Of a stretch of DNA of 64,000 bases, positions 50,855 through 59,774 are shown in pieces. Numbering within the stretch: the stretch's first letter is position 1; every line of letters begins with the position of its first letter. Both the position numbers and the translations under genes were made by a program. The stretch is from contig JAZNCE010000003.1 in the NCBI GenBank assembly GCA_045587385.1, positions 23,754 to 87,753 of the forward strand, read 5' to 3'. Below the pieces are notes generated by a model. The model saw nothing but the letters and a program-made list of their open reading frames with translations, was not told the DNA's origin and did no database searches. The stretch comes from Eubacteriales bacterium. Its GTDB lineage: Bacteria; Bacillota; Clostridia; Oscillospirales; CAG-272.

Positions 50855-52507
50855 ATGATGGAAACGATAAGAATTGATGGCAGCGTTATTCGCACGCTGC
50901 TTACAGGAAGTGTGTGCGGTATCCGCGCACGTATAGAGGAGATCAATGATCTCAACGTTTTTCCCGTACCGGACGGCGATACCGGTACGAATATGACCAA
51001 AACGCTGGAGGGCGGTCTTGCAAGGCTTTGCGAGCAGGGCACGCTGGGCGATCAGATGGGCGCGTTTGCCAAGGGCTGCGTGCTGGGTGCGCGCGGCAAT
51101 TCGGGCGTTATCCTTTCGCAGTATATGGCGGGTGTGGCATCTGCCGTTGCCAATAAGGAGAGCGTTTGTGCAGGGGAGCTTGCGCAGGCGTTGACCGCAG
51201 GCGTTGAGCGCGCGTATGCGGCTGTGGCAACTCCTGTGGAGGGCACTATTCTGACCGTGTTCCGCGAAAGCTCGGAATACGCTGCACAGCATGCCGATGA
51301 GAATACCGGTGCAGAGCAGCTTTTGGAAATTTTGATCGAGAGCGCAAAGATCGCGCTTGCCAAGACCAAGGAAATGCTGCCGGTGCTGGCGCAGGCAGAC
51401 GTGGTGGACAGCGGCGGAGCCGGATACCTTGCCATGCTTGTCGGTATGTACGATGCGCTGACCGGAAAGGTCATGGAGCTTGGCAGCTACGAGAGCGTAC
51501 AGCGTGCAAAGCCCGCGGTCAATTACGATCTCTTTACGGCGGACAGCGTACTGGAATGGGGATATTGCACCGAGGCTTTAGTCAGATTGCAGACAGCCAA
51601 GGGAGATCCCGAAGACTTTGACGTGAACGCCTTCAAGGCGTCCTTGGAAGCAAAGGCTTGCAATTCCATTGTCGCTTTGCGTGACGGTGACGTGCTCAAG
51701 GTGCACGCACATACCATGACTCCTGCCGACGTGCTGACGCTTTGTCAGCAGTTCGGTGAGTTCCTCGAGGTCAAGATCGAGAATATGAGCCTGCAGCACT
51801 CCGAAAAGACTGTTGCACAAGAGCAAAAGAAAAAGGTGCACAAGCTCTACGGCGTGATCGCTGTGGCGAGCGGCGAGGGCATGCATACGCTGTTCTCGGA
51901 GCTTGGCGCGGATATCATTATCGACGGCGGACAGACCGCCAACCCCAGTGCCGAGGATTTTGTGGACGCGATCGGACAGCTTGATTGCGACCACGTGCTG
52001 CTTCTGCCCAATAACGGCAACATCCTTTTGACCGCACAGCAGGCGGCAACGCTTTGCGAAGGGATTGACGTGCGCGTTGTGCCCACCAAGTCCTTCCCGC
52101 AGGGATACAGCGCGCTTGCCGTGTTCAATTCCGAGCTGGATGACGCTGACGAGCAGGTGGAGTACATGACCGAGGCAAAAAATGCCGTGGTATCGGGTGA
52201 GATCACCTATGCCATCCGCGACACCGTGATCGGTGACGTCGCGGTCAAGAAGGGCGAGGTGATCGGCATTCTGGACGGTAAGCTGGTGTGCTCCTTGGCG
52301 GACGAGCAGGATGCTATGTGCGCAATGCTTGCAAAGATCGAGGATATTGAGGATAGAGAGATCCTCTCTCTGTTCGTCGGTGCGGACGTTACCGAGGACG
52401 AAAGAGCGGCAATGACCGAGGCGATCGAGCAGGCATATGAGGATTTGACCGTGGAGGTATTTGTGGGCGGTCAGCAGGTATACAGATATCTCGTAGCAGT
52501 AGAATGA
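50855..52507 (+). CDS. fakA: DAK2-domain protein of the YloV/FakA family (fatty acid kinase catalytic subunit)
   Basis: Dak2 motif FPVPDGDTGTNM. ~550 aa with a DegV-like middle/C-terminal region. A DegV (FakB-type) gene lies in the same cluster. Confidence 0.75.
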   Translation: MMETIRIDGSVIRTLLTGSVCGIRARIEEINDLNVFPVPDGDTGTNMTKTLEGGLARLCEQGTLGDQMGAFAKGCVLGARGNSGVILSQYMAGVASAVANKESVCAGELAQALTAGVERAYAAVATPVEGTILTVFRESSEYAAQHADENTGAEQLLEILIESAKIALAKTKEMLPVLAQADVVDSGGAGYLAMLVGMYDALTGKVMELGSYESVQRAKPAVNYDLFTADSVLEWGYCTEALVRLQTAKGDPEDFDVNAFKASLEAKACNSIVALRDGDVLKVHAHTMTPADVLTLCQQFGEFLEVKIENMSLQHSEKTVAQEQKKKVHKLYGVIAVASGEGMHTLFSELGADIIIDGGQTANPSAEDFVDAIGQLDCDHVLLLPNNGNILLTAQQAATLCEGIDVRVVPTKSFPQGYSALAVFNSELDDADEQVEYMTEAKNAVVSGEITYAIRDTVIGDVAVKKGEVIGILDGKLVCSLADEQDAMCAMLAKIEDIEDREILSLFVGADVTEDERAAMTEAIEQAYEDLTVEVFVGGQQVYRYLVAVE

Positions 52508-52520
52508 TCAGGAGGAAAAT

Positions 52521-53504
52521 ATGGCAACTTATAAAATCGCAATAGATACGTTGGGCAGTGATAAGGGCCCCGAAACCATTGTACAGGGTGCTTTGATGGC
52601 ACTTGCCGAGAACCCCGAGCTGTCGGTCGCGCTGTTTGGTGACGAGCAGGTCATCCGCGCGTATCTTTCTACCGTGGAGCACGATGCAGATCGCATTGAG
52701 ATCGTGCACGCGCCCGACGCCATTACCAATTACGATAACCCCATGGAGGCTATTTTCAAAAAGCCCGAGTCCTCGCTGGTCAAGGCGCTGCAGGCTCTTG
52801 CCGCACGCGATGATCTGCTTGGTCTGATCAACGCAGGCAGCACGGGCGCGCTGATTGCGGGCGCTTTGCGTTACGTTCCCGCCAAGCCCTTGCGCAGACC
52901 TGCTCTTGCAGCCATTCTGCCCGCAGCAAAGGGCGGCTTTACCTGCCTTGTGGACACCGGTGCCAATATAGACTGCACAGCTCCCATGCTGGTAGACTTT
53001 GCGCACATGGGCTCGGATCTGATGCAGCAGTGCTACGGTATTGAAAATCCCCGTATCGGTCTGCTCTCCAACGGTGCAGAGGAGACCAAGGGCAACAAGC
53101 TTGTCAAGGAAACGCACGCGCTGCTCAAGGCTGACGAAAAGCTCAATTTCGTAGGCAACATTGAGGGCACCAACGCGCTCTCCGGCGACTGTGACGTGCT
53201 GGTAGCGGACGGCTTTGCAGGCAACCAGGTGCTCAAGAACTCCGAGGGAATTGCCAAGCGCATCATCACCGATATCGTGGTGTACGCCAAGAAGACGCAG
53301 AACCAGGAGATCATGAAGCTGGTCGGATATCTGATGGGCATTTACGATTTCAATTCGCTGGGCGGCGCGCAGCTGCTGGGCGTCGGTAAGCCCATTATCA
53401 AGGCGCACGGCGCAGCAAATGCAGATTCTATCAAAAACACCTCTGCCATCATGCTCAACGTAGCAAGAAACAAGGCTATGTTTGACGGCAAGGATGTCAG
53501 ATAA
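52521..53504 (+). CDS. plsX: phosphate acyltransferase PlsX
   Basis: IAIDTLGSDKGP, NAGSTGAL and the LLG...PIIKAHG pattern. Confidence 0.93.
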   Translation: MATYKIAIDTLGSDKGPETIVQGALMALAENPELSVALFGDEQVIRAYLSTVEHDADRIEIVHAPDAITNYDNPMEAIFKKPESSLVKALQALAARDDLLGLINAGSTGALIAGALRYVPAKPLRRPALAAILPAAKGGFTCLVDTGANIDCTAPMLVDFAHMGSDLMQQCYGIENPRIGLLSNGAEETKGNKLVKETHALLKADEKLNFVGNIEGTNALSGDCDVLVADGFAGNQVLKNSEGIAKRIITDIVVYAKKTQNQEIMKLVGYLMGIYDFNSLGGAQLLGVGKPIIKAHGAANADSIKNTSAIMLNVARNKAMFDGKDVR

Positions 53505-53530
53505 AAAGACATCAGAAAAGGAGATCAACT

Positions 53531-54433
53531 ATGGAAATCAAGAGAAAAGTCGTATGTACCTCTACGGGCTGTATCGAATACGCTCCCGAACGCTACCGTC
53601 AGCTCGGCATTGACATTATTCGTATCCACGTGCTCTTTAAGGGCAAGGAATACTTAGAGGGACTTGACCTCGATCCCGATGCATTCTACAAGGAGCTGGA
53701 AACACTTGAAGATCCCAAGAACAATCTGCCCAAAACCGCTATGCCCACCGAGAACGAGATCAAGGCTTGCTTTGATAAGGCTTACGAGGAGGGCTGCAAG
53801 GAAGTCATCGTCATTGCGCTGAGCGCATACCTTGGCGGTACTTGGAATCTCATCCGTCTTGTCAGCGAACAGTATAAGGACAAGATGACCATTCACGTCA
53901 TCGACTCCAAGATCGCTTGCTTTGGCGAGGGCATGCTGGCAATCAAGGCTGCCGAAATGGTGCAGCAGGGCGTACCCACCGAGACCATTCTCAAGGAAAT
54001 TGCCTGGATGATGAATCACCAGGAATTCGTGGGCGTTGACGCGCGTCTGGACTACCTGATCTATAACGGCAGACTCAAGGGCGGTAAGGCGTTCATGGGT
54101 AAGATGCTCAATATCTGCCCCGTGGTGCACTTTACGCACGAGGGTGAGATCGTGGCGCTGCAGAGCGTGCGTACTCCCAAGAAGGCACTGGCAAGATCCT
54201 GCGAGGTCGTCAAGGAAATGATCGGCGACCGCGACCCCAAGGATTATCTCTTGTGGCATACCTACACGGGTACTTCGCTTTTGGAGGATCTTTTGGAGAT
54301 CGAAAAGAAGTATGATATCAAGACCAATCACGAAAAGGTGATCACCTCTCCCGTCAGCGGCTGCCATAACGGCCCTTGGCTGGCAGGCTACGGCTTACTC
54401 TTCCTGCGTCGCGAGGATGAGCCTTTAGAATAA
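53531..54433 (+). CDS. DegV family fatty-acid-binding protein (FakB-type)
   Basis: 300 aa. CTSTGCIEY...PKTAMPT..E, with DegV fold grammar throughout. Confidence 0.82.
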   Translation: MEIKRKVVCTSTGCIEYAPERYRQLGIDIIRIHVLFKGKEYLEGLDLDPDAFYKELETLEDPKNNLPKTAMPTENEIKACFDKAYEEGCKEVIVIALSAYLGGTWNLIRLVSEQYKDKMTIHVIDSKIACFGEGMLAIKAAEMVQQGVPTETILKEIAWMMNHQEFVGVDARLDYLIYNGRLKGGKAFMGKMLNICPVVHFTHEGEIVALQSVRTPKKALARSCEVVKEMIGDRDPKDYLLWHTYTGTSLLEDLLEIEKKYDIKTNHEKVITSPVSGCHNGPWLAGYGLLFLRREDEPLE

Positions 54434-54445
54434 AGCTTTGTCGTT

Positions 54446-55576
54446 ATGAAGGACGTTCAAATCGTACGGGTAAACACGTACGCACAAAGAAAGGCGTTCG
54501 TCAATTTCCCGTTAAGACTTTATAAGAATAACCCGTATTTCGTGCCGCCGCTTTACGCGGACGAAATGGCACAGTTCAAGAAAAAGCACGCCTACAGCGA
54601 CACCTGCGACACCGTGTTTTATCTTGCCATGCAAGGAAAAAAGGTTGTGGGACGCATACAGGGTATCCTGCAGCGACAGTCCAACGAGCTGCGCGGTGAA
54701 AAACGCGTGCGCTTTACCCGCTTTGATGCCATAGACGACGTCGCGGTTGCCAAAGCATTGTTTGGCGCCGTGGAAAACTGGGCGAGGGAGCAGGGAATGG
54801 ACAGCGTCTGCGGTCCGCTTGGATACAGCGATCTGGAGCGCGAAGGGCTTTTGATCGAAGGCTTTGATCAGCTCTCCACGTTTGAGGAGCAGTACAATTA
54901 CGAGTATTACCCCAAGCTGCTCGAGGCTTGCGGCTATGGTAAGGAGATCGACTGGCTGGAATTTTGTCTGCGTGCCCCCAAGGAGCCAAATCCCATGCTT
55001 GGCAGAGTTGCCGAGCGCGCGCTGGAGCTTGCAAAGCTGCACGTGGTGGACACTTCCAAAATGTCCAAGCGCAAGTACATTGACACCTATAAGGACGGCT
55101 TTTTCGATTGCCTGGACGAGTGCTATCGCCATCTGTTCGGCACAGTACCCTTTACCGAAAATATGAAAAAGCAGATGATCGACCAGTTTATGCTTATCCT
55201 CAATAAGGAATATCTTGTGATTCTTTGTGACGAGCACGAGCGCGTGGTCGCGTTTGCCTTGTGCATTCCCGGTATCGGGCAGGCACTGCAAAAGAGCGGG
55301 GGAAGATTGACCCCCGGAGCGCTGATCCGCGTGCTGCGCAGTGCCCGTAAGCCTAAGGTCATTGATCTGGGCTTGATCGCCGTGCTGCCCGCATATCAGA
55401 ATGCAGGCGTCAATGCCGTCATGCTTTGGGAAATGATCAAGTATTTGCAAAGCGGCAAGGTCGATTATGCCGAAACCAATCTCAATCTCGAAACCAATAC
55501 ACAGGTCATGGCGCAATGGAAGTATTTTGATGCTACCCAACATAAGCGCCGCCGCTGCTATATCAAGAAAATATAA
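54446..55576 (+). CDS. GNAT-like (tandem acyl-CoA N-acyltransferase fold) protein of unknown specificity
   Basis: 376 aa. N-terminal half has VGRIQGI...RFTRFDAIDD...ENWAREQGMD. C-terminal half has VVAFALCIPGIG...IAVLPAYQNAGVNAVM, a GNAT motif-A-like Q/R-x-x-G-x-G/A. Confidence 0.6.
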   Translation: MKDVQIVRVNTYAQRKAFVNFPLRLYKNNPYFVPPLYADEMAQFKKKHAYSDTCDTVFYLAMQGKKVVGRIQGILQRQSNELRGEKRVRFTRFDAIDDVAVAKALFGAVENWAREQGMDSVCGPLGYSDLEREGLLIEGFDQLSTFEEQYNYEYYPKLLEACGYGKEIDWLEFCLRAPKEPNPMLGRVAERALELAKLHVVDTSKMSKRKYIDTYKDGFFDCLDECYRHLFGTVPFTENMKKQMIDQFMLILNKEYLVILCDEHERVVAFALCIPGIGQALQKSGGRLTPGALIRVLRSARKPKVIDLGLIAVLPAYQNAGVNAVMLWEMIKYLQSGKVDYAETNLNLETNTQVMAQWKYFDATQHKRRRCYIKKI

Positions 55577-55602
55577 CGTAGGGCGGGGGCTTGCTCCCGC
55601 AG
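55577..55602. repeat. REP-like repeat, family 1
   Basis: CGTAGGGCGGGGGCTTGCTCCCGCAG, identical to 45273-45298. It sits in the 45-nt gap between the GNAT-like gene and the ACP gene. Confidence 0.9.
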
Positions 55603-55621
55603 CAAGAAAGGATACAATATC

Positions 55622-55843
55622 ATGCTTGAAAAACTCAAAGAAATCATCGAAAGAGTGACTCCCGGAATTGACGTTTCCACCGTCACCCCCGAGACCAAGC
55701 TCATGGAAGACCTCAAGCTGGACTCTCTGTCCATCATGCTGCTGGCAATGGAAGTTGAGGCAGCGTTTGGCTTCCAGTTCACCGAGCCCGTACAATTCGT
55801 CACCGTACAGGACGTGTGTGATTATCTTGCCACCAAGGCGTAA
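55622..55843 (+). CDS. acyl carrier protein (non-canonical)
   Basis: 73 aa. Phosphopantetheine site LKLDSLSIMLLAMEVE. It diverges from the housekeeping AcpP motif DLGADSLDTVELV. Confidence 0.8.
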   Translation: MLEKLKEIIERVTPGIDVSTVTPETKLMEDLKLDSLSIMLLAMEVEAAFGFQFTEPVQFVTVQDVCDYLATKA

Positions 55844-55869
55844 TTTGCAAAAAACTGCATAAAAAGAAA

Positions 55870-55897
55870 GGTCTGCGTCGTGCAGACCGTTCTTTTT
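55870..55897 (+). terminator. rho-independent terminator after the ACP gene
   Basis: GGTCTGC-GTCGT-GCAGACC followed by GTTCTTTTT. Confidence 0.65.
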
Positions 55898-55945
55898 GGT
55901 GTCAAAAAACATTCACCTTTTTATGCAAGGAATATCGTTAAAACC

Positions 55946-55970
55946 TGTAGGGGCGACCATTGGTCGTCTC
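55946..55970. repeat. REP-like hairpin, family 2
   Basis: TGTAGGGGCGACCATTGGTCGTCTC. An inverted, diverged partner lies at 56021-56045. Confidence 0.8.
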
Positions 55971-56020
55971 TGTCTGATCCCTTGGGATTGCCGCTCGGGG
56001 GAAACACTCAATATCTGATT

Positions 56021-56045
56021 TGTGGGACGACCACCGGTCGCCCGT
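56021..56045. repeat. REP-like hairpin, family 2, inverted orientation
   Basis: TGTGGGACGACCACCGGTCGCCCGT. Its reverse complement reads ACGGGCGACCGGTGGTCGTCCCACA. Confidence 0.75.
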
Positions 56046-56054
56046 GTTTTTATT

Positions 56055-56672
56055 TTATCTGACAAAATTCGTAAAAACGCTCTTTTCCTTCTCGGGCAAG
56101 CCGTATTTTTCCTTGCCAAGGTCAATGCTCTTGATCAAAAAAGACATGTTGTTTGCAAGGGTGCGCATGCTCTGTAAGCCCTCGGCATCCTCTGCCGCCT
56201 GACCGGGCTTTGCACCGTGAATGCTGTTCCAATACTGACCGGACGCCACGGGCATACCCGAAATGGTGAAATACTTGTTGAGCTGGTCAAAGGTCGAGGA
56301 AAGACCGCCGCGTCTTGCCGCAACCACCGCAGCGCCAACCTTCATGCGTTTATCAAAGCGCGTGCTGTAGAAAAGGCGATCGAGAAACGCGGTCAGCGTG
56401 CCGTTTGCGCCCGCGTAATACACAGGGCTGCCCACCACCATGCCGTCGCATGCTTCAAATTTCTTTGCCACCTCGTTGACAACGTCGTCAATGGCGCACT
56501 GGGCGTTTTTGTAGCAGGTCTGGCAGGCAAGACAGCCGCGAATTGCCATGTTGCCCACGTGAATCCACTCGGTCTCGATCCCTTGCTCGGCAAACACCGC
56601 TTCCATCTCGCGCAAAGCCATCGCCGTGTTGCCGTTTGCATTCGGACTTCCGTTGATCAATAATACTTTCAT
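56055..56672 (-). CDS. flavodoxin-fold FMN reductase / iron-sulfur flavoprotein
   Basis: MKVLLINGSPNANGNT and the Cys cluster CLACQTC....C. Confidence 0.85.
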   Translation of the reverse strand: MKVLLINGSPNANGNTAMALREMEAVFAEQGIETEWIHVGNMAIRGCLACQTCYKNAQCAIDDVVNEVAKKFEACDGMVVGSPVYYAGANGTLTAFLDRLFYSTRFDKRMKVGAAVVAARRGGLSSTFDQLNKYFTISGMPVASGQYWNSIHGAKPGQAAEDAEGLQSMRTLANNMSFLIKSIDLGKEKYGLPEKEKSVFTNFVR

Positions 56673-56780
56673 ATCTGCTCCTGTTCGGTTTGTTTTTCAG
56701 TTATGATTATAGCGCGAAACAGGGAAATTGTCAAGCGGAAGTGTTGCTTTTCATTCACTCGCCGCCCTGCAGATGGTGTC

Positions 56781-57137
56781 CTAAAAATTCATTCGTAAAT
56801 AATCAAACACGATCTCCCAAATTTTGATCATGGGAAGGGAAAGTGTGATCGTACAAACTGCTTCTATGATCCATGTGATTTTGGTGTTTTTCAACTTTTT
56901 TGCAACAAATACGTTCAAAGATACCAGCACAAGAATGGCGATCAATGCGAAAAGCCCTGCAAGCACGCAAAAGGGAACCAATCTCGGATATTCTTCAATC
57001 ATAGGCTTGCCGCCAAAGGCAGCATTTGCTAAAAGTATTCCAAAGATAATCCATGAGCATTCAAGCCCCAAGCTCAAAAATGTTGCATACGACACAGTAA
57101 AACCGGACGCAAGAACAATATTGATCGCTTTTTTCAT
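56781..57137 (-). CDS. hypothetical small membrane protein (4 TM helices)
   Basis: Hydrophobic throughout. Last gene of the island operon. Confidence 0.6.
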   Translation of the reverse strand: MKKAINIVLASGFTVSYATFLSLGLECSWIIFGILLANAAFGGKPMIEEYPRLVPFCVLAGLFALIAILVLVSLNVFVAKKLKNTKITWIIEAVCTITLSLPMIKIWEIVFDYLRMNF

Positions 57138-57165
57138 TTATACTTCAACCTTTCTATGTAATTGA

Positions 57166-57939
57166 TTAACGTAAATACTCCAAAAATGATATGTCATACG
57201 TGGAATTTTCAAAAGCCTCATAAATGGAAAAATCCTCGTCCAAGAAATGCAGATCCGACGGCGTTACCGTGTAAGAGGAATGCTCCTCGATATACTCCAG
57301 CTCGCTCATTGTATAAACAAAGATTGCGGTACGTTCTTGCTCGTCAAGCATAATGTATTCCAGTACCTCCCATTTTTCCCCGACATGATTCCATTGCAAA
57401 ATATATGCGGGGTAATTAAAATGCTCGGTATCATACAACGGTTTTACTGTGCCTGTTTGGTTGGTTATATCAAAATCTGCAAGTCCCTGTGCAAAGGATG
57501 CATACGCATCCTCGGAAAGCGTGCAGGTGAAATAGATCGCATATCCGTCAACGTCTATACCTTGTGTCCAATGAAAATAAAAGTCGGTTAAGGTTGACGG
57601 GGTTTCGCGAGGGAACAATATCAGCTCCGAGTTGTACAGGTATTCGCCAAACCCAAGCAGGGAATCTCTTTTTGCATCATGAGTAGCCGCTCGGTTCCAA
57701 TCCTCTACCGCACCGTTATAAATGTGTTGATAATCAGTAATGTTGGTCTTCTCCACGGTGAAGTTTGTAAACAGAAGAATTGTGCAAAGAATCAACGCAA
57801 CCAAGGCAATGACTCTTGCCATTTGAATGAAACCGCAAATTTTAGAAAAAGCCGTTGCAATACAATACACACCGATACCACCCATTAACAATCCGGAATA
57901 TTTACGAGCTTTTGGCTTCATCGTATTTGCTTGGCTCAT
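57166..57939 (-). CDS. hypothetical membrane-anchored protein, paralogous in architecture to 57936-58736
   Basis: Two N-terminal TM helices and a ~170-aa soluble domain (GYAIYFTCTLSEDAYASFAQGLAD ... ERTAIFVYTMSE). Confidence 0.6.
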   Translation of the reverse strand: MSQANTMKPKARKYSGLLMGGIGVYCIATAFSKICGFIQMARVIALVALILCTILLFTNFTVEKTNITDYQHIYNGAVEDWNRAATHDAKRDSLLGFGEYLYNSELILFPRETPSTLTDFYFHWTQGIDVDGYAIYFTCTLSEDAYASFAQGLADFDITNQTGTVKPLYDTEHFNYPAYILQWNHVGEKWEVLEYIMLDEQERTAIFVYTMSELEYIEEHSSYTVTPSDLHFLDEDFSIYEAFENSTYDISFLEYLR

Positions 57940-58736
57940 TTGTCACCTATCCTTTTGTTGATATACTTCCACCCACACGTGCTTTTGATATGCTTATCCA
58001 AGGGTTTGCCAATGTAATCTATATCGGGGTCTTCATAAAACATATAAACGATTTGCTTGGCATCATCATTGGTTGCTATGAAAACCATATACTTGGGAAA
58101 ATCTAAGTATTTGTAAATATAGTCCACCGATAATGTCCTGAATTCATACCCGCCTATTTCTGCATACGGTGTGCAGGCGTAGTCAAATGCAACCATATCT
58201 TCGGTTTGGAAAACGTATGTTTGATCCAGCATAGCCTTTTGCTGCTCGTATTCGGATGAATCGTAGGTGCACACAAGCGTATAGGTGTGCCAACCAAATA
58301 TGTATTCTTCACGCTGGAATACAAAGTAATCCATTTTTTGGGGTGTTCCGATCTCATCGAGTTTCGGCATTGCGTCAACTTTGTCGTGCACCTCTGTATA
58401 TTGTGCAGCAACCTCGTTTTGTTCATAATGATCCAAAGAGACAATAGGACCTATCAAGAAACAAAACAAAACCAAAAACACCAAAGCGGCTAATACGACA
58501 ATGTCAGCAATGACGCGCCAAACAGTCTGTAATGAATTAAAATTGAACGCAGATAGCAGTGCCATAGCACCCAACGGCAGAATGAAAACGGCGAGTATCA
58601 TGCAAGGGGTCAATATTGCGTGATTGTATAGCTTCATAAATCCTTTTACGATAACAAACAAAGGAATGATGCAGCTGATTGCAAACAGTATGATCCGCGA
58701 TGTCGAAAACCACTTTTTGTTGCTGCTTTGATCCAT
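57936..58736 (-). CDS. hypothetical membrane protein (3-4 TM helices plus soluble domain)
   Basis: WHTYTLVCTYDSSEYEQQKAMLDQ ... KQIVYMFYE parallels the downstream gene. A 4-nt overlap links the two. Confidence 0.6.
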   Translation of the reverse strand: MDQSSNKKWFSTSRIILFAISCIIPLFVIVKGFMKLYNHAILTPCMILAVFILPLGAMALLSAFNFNSLQTVWRVIADIVVLAALVFLVLFCFLIGPIVSLDHYEQNEVAAQYTEVHDKVDAMPKLDEIGTPQKMDYFVFQREEYIFGWHTYTLVCTYDSSEYEQQKAMLDQTYVFQTEDMVAFDYACTPYAEIGGYEFRTLSVDYIYKYLDFPKYMVFIATNDDAKQIVYMFYEDPDIDYIGKPLDKHIKSTCGWKYINKRIGDK

Positions 58737-59015
58737 TCATATCCCTCCTTGGACGGTTGATGGCTGCACCTGCAGCTCCTCGTCCTTTTCCTGTACGCTC
58801 ACGTCTGCACACGCCTTTGGCACGTACTCCAAAATATCAGCAGGCTGGCAATCAAGAGCGCGGCACAGCGCGTCCAGCGTGCTCAGTCGTACCGCCTTGG
58901 CGTGGTTATTTTTGAGAATTGACAGGTTGGCAAGGGTAATGCCCACCTTGTCCGAAAGCTCGTTCAGCGACATTTTGCGCTTTGCCATCATTACGTCTAA
59001 ATTGATTATAATCAT
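58737..59015 (-). CDS. YozG-type XRE-family HTH regulator
   Basis: INLDVMMAKRKMSLNELSDKVGITLANLSILKNNHAKAVRLSTLDALCRALDCQPADILEY. Confidence 0.85.
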   Translation of the reverse strand: MIIINLDVMMAKRKMSLNELSDKVGITLANLSILKNNHAKAVRLSTLDALCRALDCQPADILEYVPKACADVSVQEKDEELQVQPSTVQGGI

Positions 59016-59024
59016 TTTACCACC

Positions 59025-59498
59025 TCATACAGTAAGTTCGTTTTCTTCTTTTATGTCGGCTGCCTGTGCGAGCAAGTGCCGCACGATCAGCATGCAAAGC
59101 CCGAGGGCAAATGCAATGCATACCACAAACAGTGCCATTTGAAAATGTAAAACCAGCAAAAGAGAGAGCAATCCCTCACCAAAGCAGCACAGCGCAATGG
59201 CAAAGATCAAGTAGCCAAAGCCCTTGGTGTGCTCACGCTTGCGGATCACGCCCACCAGCAGCCAAGCCACCAAAGCGTCGCAAACCATGGCAAGGATCAG
59301 CATAGCGTAGGAGTCAAGCAATATCATGTGCCTGCCGTCAGCCTCCAGTTGGTTGCGGTCACCAATCTGATCGGGAATATCGATTAGGGCAGAGACCAAG
59401 GGCGGCAGATACAAAAGGATCAGTATCATTGCCGCAAGCATACCGATGCACGCCACAATGCCCGCGATGGCAAACGCGTTTTTGATGTCCAATTTCAT
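59025..59498 (-). CDS. DUF2975 membrane protein
   Basis: Four TM helices and the typical C-terminal AADIKEENELTV. The pairing with a YozG-type HTH is classic. Confidence 0.8.
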   Translation of the reverse strand: MKLDIKNAFAIAGIVACIGMLAAMILILLYLPPLVSALIDIPDQIGDRNQLEADGRHMILLDSYAMLILAMVCDALVAWLLVGVIRKREHTKGFGYLIFAIALCCFGEGLLSLLLVLHFQMALFVVCIAFALGLCMLIVRHLLAQAADIKEENELTV

Positions 59499-59531
59499 TC
59501 CATTGCCCCCTCGACGTTAGTTCATACTTTT

Positions 59532-59560
59532 ATTTTAGCACGCAAAATACCGATTGTCAA
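59532..59560 (-). promoter_or_regulatory. sigma-A type promoter for the DUF2975 island operon
   Basis: Minus strand: TTGACA, 17-nt spacer, TAAAAT. Confidence 0.55.
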
Positions 59561-59716
59561 TATGAATTTATTGAAAATCAATAAATTATTATGATGTTCT
59601 CAAAAGGTGCGCCAAAGATACAAAAGCCCCTTGACGGAAGATTGAACAAGACGGATACTCTTTCAGTCAAACGGTTGTTCAAAAAATCACGTTTCCCTAA
59701 AAATTCCCCCTCGCTC

Positions 59717-59745
59717 TTGATTTTGGCGGAAATTTTTGATATAAT
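59717..59745 (+). promoter_or_regulatory. sigma-A type promoter for the cyclase-family gene
   Basis: TTGATT, 17-nt spacer, TATAAT with extended TGA. Confidence 0.55.
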
Positions 59746-59774
59746 GATATAAAACGACAAAAAAGGGGATTGGT

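Larger units (their letters stand above)
56700..59560. other. low-GC island (about 33-40% GC in sampled 60-nt lines, versus about 50-58% in the flanks)
   Basis: Manual base counts of lines at 57181 and 58021 compared with 27001. It holds five co-directional minus-strand genes driven by the promoter at 59532-59560. Confidence 0.7.
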
